DNA of 64,000 bases from NCBI GenBank assembly GCA_017548925.1, contig JAFYYX010000001.1, positions 828,658 to 892,657 of the forward strand, read 5' to 3'. The position numbers and the translations under genes were made by a program. Shown here one piece after another: positions 55,367 through 63,200 of this stretch. How positions within the stretch are numbered: position 1 is the stretch's first letter; the number at the start of each line of letters is the position of its first letter. The notes below the pieces were generated by a model that did not search any database, was not told the origin of the DNA, and saw only the letters and a program-made list of their open reading frames with translations. This DNA is from Bacilli bacterium. Lineage in GTDB: Bacteria; Bacillota_I; Bacilli_A; RF39; UBA660.

Positions 55367-57384
55367 TATAAGTTTCTACCTCCATGATTCCTATTGTATT
55401 CATTAATAATATTTTTCTTTATCTCTTCTAACTTAGCTTGAGCTCTTATAAATATATTTTCATGCATAAAATGATGCTTTATTTTTTCATATTTTTTTTG
55501 ATCATTTATATAAATATCTCTAAATTTTGTAAATATCTTTTCTTTAGAATCAATTAGTGCGTTTTTAATTTTAGTTTTTTGCTGTGATATTTTATCAATA
55601 GTATTATCTTTAATATCAATTACCTTAAGTTCTATTGCATCACCAGTATTATTACAAAATGCTATTAAAACGTCTCTTAGAGTATAATTTTCCAAATCGT
55701 TTTGTTGCCCCATATCTTCAAAAGTTTGTTTCTCTGAATTGGTTTCATCGCTAGGTACAAAAGGTATGCCTGGCATAGTAGGATCATTTTGAACAATATT
55801 AAATTGTTCCTTTAAAGCATCATCATTCTTAGTTTCATCAGGTCCAAAATCATCTTCCTTTGAATTAGTTTCTTTTGGAACATAATCAGGAATAGTTGAC
55901 ATTCCAAGAATTGTAGCATCATTTTGATTATCAGTTGAATTATTTCTAGATTGTTCAGCTTCTATCTGAGATGCAAAACTTTGTGATAGATTAATAGTTG
56001 ATTGTTCTAAACTAGATTTACTATTTTCTGATTCAGGAACAGCTGGTTCTTCTACTACCTGCTCAGATTGTTCATTATTTAATTCATGCTCAGATTGATC
56101 CTTAATTGTTTCTTCATCATTTGCTTCTTCAATAGACTCAGAAGTACTATCTTTACCTAATGGTGTAACATCATTACTTATAACATTTTCGTTATTTAAA
56201 GAATCATTTGTTATTTCTTTATTATCATTATCTAAATAATTTACTTCTTCAGAACTAGATTTGCTATTTTCTTCAGAAGTATTTACACTTGAATTTTCAT
56301 TAGTAAAACTAACAGTTCTATTATTTACTAAGTTAAAGAATTTTGATGTTCTTTCTCTACTATCATTTTCTAAAACTATTTCGTTTTCTTCTAAATAATT
56401 TCTAAATTCAAATTCTTTTTCAATAATCTCATAAAAGAAACTATGAAATGCTCTTGAACATTTATCAATTTCTTTTCCATTACTATCAATATCAATAAAA
56501 TCAGTTTTATTTAAGATTCCATTTTCAAAAGCTTCTTTACAATTAGAAGTAATATTAAGCATTGATTTTAAAAATTCATTTCTCATATTAACAAAATTTA
56601 TTTCGATATTACCTTTATTATAAACATCTAAAATATTTTGTTTTTGGATTTTAATATCTTCTTTTAATTCATGTTTCTTTTCATTTTCTTGTTTTAATAA
56701 ATTAGTTAGTTCCATAACTTCATTATAATCAGAAGATCTAACTATTTTATCTTGATATTCTTTAATTTTTTTATTACATTCATTTAGTTCATCTTCGTAA
56801 TCACCTAATAAAGTAGCAGGATATGATAATTCATCTATCCAACTATGAATATCTTTTAAATTATTACTTAACACTTTAAAATTATCTCTTAAATATCTAT
56901 ATTTATTTAAATTATCTAAATTATGTTCAGTTGTTATAGCACTTTCTAATTTAGAAATTTTGTCATTAATAAAATATTCAAAAGTATTCTTATAGTTTTT
57001 TGTGTATGCATTTGCATACTCATTAGATGTATTTCTTAAATCATTTATTTTTAAAGTGATTGCTTTTTCAACCTCATTTAATAATAAAACTTTATCAAGT
57101 TTAAGCTTAGGATCTTTTTTGATTTTATATTTACTTCCAAGTTTTCTAAGTTCATTATATGACATACCTTCCAAATTTTTTAGAAGTTCTTCAGCACTGG
57201 TTATCTCGTTTTGAATACTTAAAATATTGTTTGTAAAAGTATTAAATCTAAAATCACCATAAAAAGTGTGACTAGACTCATTAACTAAACTAGTTAAAAT
57301 ATCGATTAACTTATCATCGGCTTTTTGTTTAACCACTTCAACTTCTCTGTCAGTTAATAATGTATTTTCTATATTATATTCCAT
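55366..57384 (-). CDS. Large acidic hypothetical protein (672 aa) with no TM segment.
   Basis: Coiled-coil N-terminal half. A central Ser/Glu/Asn/Asp-rich low-complexity region. A helical C-terminus. Its stop overlaps the DUF1292 gene start. Confidence 0.55.
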   Translation of the reverse strand: MEYNIENTLLTDREVEVVKQKADDKLIDILTSLVNESSHTFYGDFRFNTFTNNILSIQNEITSAEELLKNLEGMSYNELRKLGSKYKIKKDPKLKLDKVLLLNEVEKAITLKINDLRNTSNEYANAYTKNYKNTFEYFINDKISKLESAITTEHNLDNLNKYRYLRDNFKVLSNNLKDIHSWIDELSYPATLLGDYEDELNECNKKIKEYQDKIVRSSDYNEVMELTNLLKQENEKKHELKEDIKIQKQNILDVYNKGNIEINFVNMRNEFLKSMLNITSNCKEAFENGILNKTDFIDIDSNGKEIDKCSRAFHSFFYEIIEKEFEFRNYLEENEIVLENDSRERTSKFFNLVNNRTVSFTNENSSVNTSEENSKSSSEEVNYLDNDNKEITNDSLNNENVISNDVTPLGKDSTSESIEEANDEETIKDQSEHELNNEQSEQVVEEPAVPESENSKSSLEQSTINLSQSFASQIEAEQSRNNSTDNQNDATILGMSTIPDYVPKETNSKEDDFGPDETKNDDALKEQFNIVQNDPTMPGIPFVPSDETNSEKQTFEDMGQQNDLENYTLRDVLIAFCNNTGDAIELKVIDIKDNTIDKISQQKTKIKNALIDSKEKIFTKFRDIYINDQKKYEKIKHHFMHENIFIRAQAKLEEIKKNIINEYNRNHGGRNL

Positions 57385-57483
57385 AAGTAATCACAATCCC
57401 TTACTATGTATTAATTATATAAATAAAAATAAATAATGTAAAGATTAAGAGTGTAAAATTTTAAATAAAAAAATGATTAAATT

Positions 57484-57801
57484 CTATTTAATCATTCTTT
57501 CTCTTTCATTAATAGTTTCTTTGGGTAAAGATTTAACTTGATTAACTAATTCTTCAGATAATTCTTTCATATTAGTATCATCTCTTTTAATTAATCTTTC
57601 AATAATATCCAATTCTTTTTTTAAAGCATTATATTTGTCATCTAGTGTAAATATGTATTTTCTATACGGAAAAGAAGATGGAACGCTATTTGAAGATATA
57701 TTAGAAATCCTAATTAAATATGAAATAGTATTAGTTGCAAGATCTAAATTAGATTTATTTGGTAAATATAATCCATCTGCAGGATATTTAAATTTTGTCA
57801 T
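57484..57801 (-). CDS. Small helical protein (105 aa). T7SS-associated candidate.
   Basis: I re-called the start at the internal Met, which has a perfect AGGAGG RBS 9 nt upstream. The track ORF began at 57867 and overlapped the upstream gene by 80 nt. The C-terminal half is helical and Lys/Glu-rich. Confidence 0.5.
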   Translation of the reverse strand: MTKFKYPADGLYLPNKSNLDLATNTISYLIRISNISSNSVPSSFPYRKYIFTLDDKYNALKKELDIIERLIKRDDTNMKELSEELVNQVKSLPKETINERERMIK

Positions 57802-58105
57802 TATAAGTAGCCTCCTGCTCTTTTTTTGCTTGTTTAAGTAAATGATTAGATATTTCAGCAGAATCATTCGTTAATTTTATTGGTATATTTCTTAGTAGAT
57901 TACCAAATTTAATATATTTTTTCTTTTCAAGCGCAACATGATTAAAATAGTAATTAGCTTGGTTACCTATCCACTCTTTAGTTATATTAGGTACTTGATC
58001 TAATCTTTTAAAAAATGCATTTATTAAATCAGTATATTCATCTGCATATTTTATTAAATCTTTACTGATTTCTTCAACTCTAACAGTATCAAAATTAGAT
58101 ATCAT
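57788..58105 (-). CDS. WXG100-like small protein (105 aa).
   Basis: The central motif is TKEWIGNQANYYF (W-x-G at residues about 44-46). The size and helical character match WXG100/Esx-like proteins. Confidence 0.5.
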   Translation of the reverse strand: MISNFDTVRVEEISKDLIKYADEYTDLINAFFKRLDQVPNITKEWIGNQANYYFNHVALEKKKYIKFGNLLRNIPIKLTNDSAEISNHLLKQAKKEQEATYNDKI

Positions 58106-58514
58106 AATCGTTCACCTCTGAATACACACTAAATTGATCGCCACTATTTTTAGTTACAATAGTTTTTGTGGCGTTTTTAGCTTTAGTAACAGTCTTCTTA
58201 GCTGACGCTGCAGCGGTTTCTTCAGCTGCCTTAATTTTATTAATTTGATCATTACAGTATTTAATTTCCTTATCAATGGCAGGTATAATAGTCTTAAACA
58301 AATAACTTCTAATATTATTAATATTAAGTGAAATAGTATATAAACGCTTTGATAATGCAGTTTCATCATTATTAACAAGGTAATTTGAAGAAACATTATT
58401 TTTTATTTTACCAGTATATCCTTTAAAGTCAGCCAACTTACTTACCATACTCACAATTTTACTTCTTAGAGCTTGATAATTCTTTTTCTCTTCTTGAAGA
58501 TCATAAATTGTCAC
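58095..58514 (-). CDS. Small helical protein (139 aa). T7SS-associated candidate.
   Basis: Its ORF overlaps both neighbours by 14-20 nt, suggesting a translationally coupled series. Predicted coiled coil. Lys/Ala-rich C-terminus. Confidence 0.5.
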   Translation of the reverse strand: MTIYDLQEEKKNYQALRSKIVSMVSKLADFKGYTGKIKNNVSSNYLVNNDETALSKRLYTISLNINNIRSYLFKTIIPAIDKEIKYCNDQINKIKAAEETAAASAKKTVTKAKNATKTIVTKNSGDQFSVYSEVNDYDI

Positions 58515-58872
58515 TATGATTCAACTCCTCTACATAATCATTTAACTTTTTAGTAATTAAATTGAAATCATCACTTTTTTGTGCAAAAACATTAGCCATA
58601 GTTGTGGCGCCTTCATGCATTTTTCGATTTAATGCAGTTAAATCGTTAGCATAACTAATAACATTATTCTTTACTGTATAAAACTTAGGCCTTAAATAAG
58701 TATTATAATAAGCATTAATCTCATCATATGGTTTACCTTGATAAACAGATTTTAACTCCGAAAATCTATCATCATATTTATTTAGAATAATATTTACCTT
58801 ATCTGCCATATTAATTATTTCTACGATTAAATGGGCTAAATCTTTTTCGTTAATACCACCTACAACGTCCAT
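58501..58872 (-). CDS. Small helical protein (123 aa). T7SS-associated candidate.
   Basis: ORF with an AGGTGAT RBS. Helical, with no TM segment. Confidence 0.5.
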   Translation of the reverse strand: MDVVGGINEKDLAHLIVEIINMADKVNIILNKYDDRFSELKSVYQGKPYDEINAYYNTYLRPKFYTVKNNVISYANDLTALNRKMHEGATTMANVFAQKSDDFNLITKKLNDYVEELNHSDNL

Positions 58873-58998
58873 ATATAATCACCTCAAAACACATCTACTA
58901 TAAACATATTGTACCTTATTTAAAATAATAAAAAGATGATTAAAATAATATTTGTCAAAAAATTTACAAAAAAAATACTGCAAAAAGCAGCATTTTTA

Positions 58999-59502
58999 TT
59001 AATGTTGACCTGAATCAATAGATACAGGGCCAGAATTATCATCAATTCGAATTTGTTTAGCAGCATCTCTTAATGATTTAGCATCATCTTGAACAAGCCC
59101 TGAAATATCTGATGAAGCCGCACGATATTTTTCTTTAATAGCGGCAAGTTCTTTCTTTTCATCAATCAAAACAGAAACGTAAGCAGTCATTATATCTTTT
59201 ACTGCTTTTAAGAATATTTGTGCAGCCTCAAGTGCTGGACCTTTTAATCCCTTTTCAAGAATAATATCAGCATTAAAACCATTAATAGTATCCTGAGCTT
59301 TTGTTATGTATGTATTTATACTAGAAATAAGGCTATCAACGCCTGGTTCACTTATACCAGTAAAACTTGTTTCAGGAGCTTTCGCAAACTCATCAAAATA
59401 AGACGTAGCTAAGTTTTCAAGTGTCATTTTAGCGCCACGTAAATTAGCACCAATAGTAACGCCCCACTTGTCTTCCGAATAATTTTCAAAAGAAATTCCC
59501 AT
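58999..59502 (-). CDS. Hypothetical helical protein (167 aa), translationally coupled to the WXG100 gene.
   Basis: Its start overlaps the upstream gene's stop. It contains KWGVTIGAN and alpha-helical Ala/Lys-rich segments. Confidence 0.5.
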   Translation of the reverse strand: MGISFENYSEDKWGVTIGANLRGAKMTLENLATSYFDEFAKAPETSFTGISEPGVDSLISSINTYITKAQDTINGFNADIILEKGLKGPALEAAQIFLKAVKDIMTAYVSVLIDEKKELAAIKEKYRAASSDISGLVQDDAKSLRDAAKQIRIDDNSGPVSIDSGQH

Positions 59503-59831
59503 TATAAATCATCTCCACTTCTATCACTAACGATTGTTGCATCAACGGTATCCATATCCTCAATAATTTGATTAACACAGTCTTTAAAAACCATAAAAGC
59601 TTGATCTAATCCATAACTAACTTTACGTCTATCGTCTTGAATATTTTTAACAAATTGATCAGCAGAAGCACCAACCCAAACATCTTTGATAGATCTTTCT
59701 ATTCCATCAGCACCCTCAAGTAAAACTTGTTGTGCTGCACCTATAACTTCAGAATTAATTTGGCCTATAGCATTCTTCATACCCTCAACATCATATCCTA
59801 TTGTTGAATTATCAATAGATAACATATACAT
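59502..59831 (-). CDS. WXG100-family (EsxA-like) protein.
   Basis: 109 aa. The central motif DVWVGASADQF is W-x-G followed by an A..F helix turn, as in EsxA (WEGQAFSRF). RBS AAAAGGAGGAT. First gene after the intergenic gap downstream of the YukD-like gene. Confidence 0.6.
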   Translation of the reverse strand: MYMLSIDNSTIGYDVEGMKNAIGQINSEVIGAAQQVLLEGADGIERSIKDVWVGASADQFVKNIQDDRRKVSYGLDQAFMVFKDCVNQIIEDMDTVDATIVSDRSGDDL

Positions 59832-59952
59832 CCTCCTTTTTGTGTACCAGCAAGTACGCTTTTACTTTACAATCATTGTAATTCAAATAAATCTATAAAT
59901 AAACCAGAATTCCAAAAATTAACACTAATTTTACACAAAAAAGAGCCTATAT

Positions 59953-60204
59953 TTATATATATATAAGCTCAGTTCCGTTTTTAATATCAGTATTTCTAAG
60001 AAGAGTTCTTGGATCATAAGAAACTCCGGTATCAGCGTTAAATAAAATTCCATTATTTTTAATTGGATACACTTTAGATAAATCATTTATAATTTTAGAA
60101 AGTTTATAACATATATCGCCTACATATTTATTTATAGGTAAATATATTTCATATTTTTCTTCAATTTCAGGAACAAGTAATGTTACTAATACTTTATATT
60201 CCAT
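59953..60204 (-). CDS. esaB: YukD/EsaB-like ubiquitin-fold T7SS protein.
   Basis: 83 aa. MEYKVLVTLLVPEIEEKYEIYLPINKYVGDICYKLSKI...GTELIYI gives a beta-grasp pattern like YukD. Its start overlaps the essC stop. Confidence 0.7.
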   Translation of the reverse strand: MEYKVLVTLLVPEIEEKYEIYLPINKYVGDICYKLSKIINDLSKVYPIKNNGILFNADTGVSYDPRTLLRNTDIKNGTELIYI

Positions 60205-63200
60205 TACTCATCACCATCCCTTACAACTTTAATAACATTATAAACCCCATCATTAATCTCATATCCAATTCCATCAAATCTTAGTTTTTTATCCTCTTGA
60301 GACATAATATTAGTAGATAAGATGCTTTGTGAATCTAAACCATTTCCAACCCAAATACCATTAGATAAATCAATTTGATCAAACCATGTTTCAGGTTTTA
60401 GATTCTTAATATCATTATAGTCATCAGCTAATATATATATTGTTTTATGACTGTTAATAATATTATTAAACATATTATTGAATATTAATTGTCCTGCTTC
60501 AGATAAAACTTTCTTATATGAGCCAGCCCCTACAACAATGTTAACGGCCCAGTCTTGAGCTTCATTTCTTGTTAAAACATCATTTTCTAACGCAGCAACC
60601 ATTACATTCAAGTTTTCATTAAACATTCTAACATCAATAATCAATTTATTAAATATTTTATTAAAATCAATAACTCTAGTTTTAACATTTGGTATATTGG
60701 AAAGAATTGATGTTAATCCATAAATGAATTCCATATTTTCTTTCAGATCATTACAAGTAATAACATGTATTTTTTGCGATAGTAAATTGTATTTAGCAAC
60801 ATCCTTTTTATAATAATTAAATCCAATTGGAATATCTTCAAGTCCTTGACAGTATTTTATTAAATCAGAACTTGTAATCTCTTCAGGTAATTTTACGAGT
60901 TGCTTTACTTTATATTTATAAAAATCTACACATTTATCAGCATAAGACCTTAATAAATCAAGTTCTTTATCTTGCCTATAAATAAATGCAGTTTGAAATT
61001 CACAATAAGAATCATTATCAAGCGAATTTGTCTTACAAATACCCCTACCTAATGTCTTCTTAGGAATAAGCTCTCTTCTACAATTTGTTATAGCTCTATA
61101 CTGTGAATCGTCAGACATGTTAAGTAAAATAAGATGATTAAAGAATTGTAATTGTCTTTGCCTAATAGCACTTTGTGAACCAGTAATAATAAATATAATT
61201 CCATATTTTGCAGAATCTCTAAATAAATTATTCATAAGATCAGTTATTCTAGAAAAAGACTCCATAAATACATCATAATTATTAATAACAATTGAAATTA
61301 AAGGCAGTTTGGTTTCATTGACTCTATTATAATATTCATATGAACCATTAAAATCAGATAATAGATTCTTCCTATCTTCTAGCTCGTTAATAATCATTTC
61401 TAAAATACCAGTTACAGTGTCAGTATCTTCTTGAAAAGCGACTTCACCAACATGAGGAAATTTACTAAATTTTTTCATAGTTTCAGCGCCAAAGTCGATT
61501 ATATAGAATGCTATTTCCCTTGGATTATGTTCAGATATTGACGAAAAAATTATAGTTGATAAAAGTTCATCTATTCCAGAATTATTTTGGCCCATTATAA
61601 CTATATTACCATCTTTAAGGTTTAAATATAACGGACCTTGTTCTTGTTTTCTAGGTTCATCATATTCACCAACAATTATATTAAAATCATACGGTTTTGC
61701 CTTTTGATGGTTATACTTTTGAATAAGATCACTTAATAACATATAATCTTGAATATTTTCAAGCCATAGTGGTCTATTCTTAAGAGCCAATTGCTTTGAA
61801 GAATTAGATACATAAGAAACAACGTTAATTAATTCTTCCCCAAATTCTCCGCTTATATTTTCGACCTTTTCTTTATAAGAACCAATTACCCTACCAATAT
61901 TATCAATATATTCAATTGAATCATCAATATCATGCTTAATAATATTTGAAGGATGATATTTAGCGCCAGACCATGCTGACTGCCCAAGAGTAAATAAATC
62001 ATCAGTACCAACTTGAAGATAATAAGAACCTATCTGTTTTAAATATGCAGCATCTGGTTTTCGAATAACTTCATTAGAATCACTTTTTTCTTGTACTTTA
62101 AAACACACTTTAAATCTTGAATTTGACCATATTTGATCATTAACTACTCCAGATGGTTTTTGTGTTGCAAGAATTAAATGAATACCTAAACTACGTCCTA
62201 TACGTGATGTAGATATTAGCTGATCCATAAACTCAGGTTGTTGAGATTTTAATTCAGCAAACTCATCGCATATAATTAATAAATGACTTAAAGGTTCATC
62301 AAGCATACCTTTTCTATAGTATTCCTGATACTTATAGATATTCATTGAACCTTCTTTTAGTTTTTCACGAGCCTCATTAAACATTTGTTGACGTCTCTTT
62401 AATTCAGACTCGATTGCAGCAATTGATCTATATATTTCTGACTTATCTAAGTTTGTTATCTTACCTGCTATATGAGGAAGTTTGACACCGAGTTCGCTGT
62501 TTTCAAAACTCATTGCAAGTCCTCCACCTTTGTAGTCAATAATTACAAATTGAACTTCTTCAGGGCTAAAGTTAACAGCTAAAGATAATATTAAAGTTAC
62601 AAGCCACTCAGATTTTCCTGATCCAGTAGTACCAGCAACTAGACCATGTGGCCCATATGCTTTTTCGTGAATATTCATTTTAAAAATTTCACCATTTTGA
62701 TCAATACCTACGGGTACTGCTAGGGATAAAACCGGATTATTATTTTGCCATCTTGATAAACAATTTAATTGTTCTACCCTACCAACATTATATGTTTCTA
62801 GAAAAGTTAAAGATGACGGTAAATCATACTTCGCTTTTTCCACTTGAACTGGAATATTAGAAATATTACGGCAGGATTCGTAAATATTAAAATTACTATT
62901 ATCCAAATCTGCTTTAAATATTTGTTGATTATCATTAATATTACTAGTTAGTATAGCAGAATCAGTATCACCTATACTAATAAAATTAGAAGCTTCACTT
63001 GGAAGAAGAGATATACTCTCAGATGTCAAAATTATTGAGAATCCCATGTTCTTCTTATATCTTAAGATTTTATTTATTAAAGATACATTTCTAACTGATG
63101 ACATATCATCAATAAATAATACATAATAAGGTTTAAAATCCTGATATCTTTTTCTATTATTTCGATCAGAACCATTATCTTCTAAAATTTCTTGTTCGTC

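Noticed and set aside
50629-59898. ORFs 50629..51040, 57002..57214, 57635..57841, 58154..58396 and 59686..59898
   Set aside because: They are internal or alternative-frame ORFs within the VirB6-like gene, the 672 aa gene and the small helical-protein genes.
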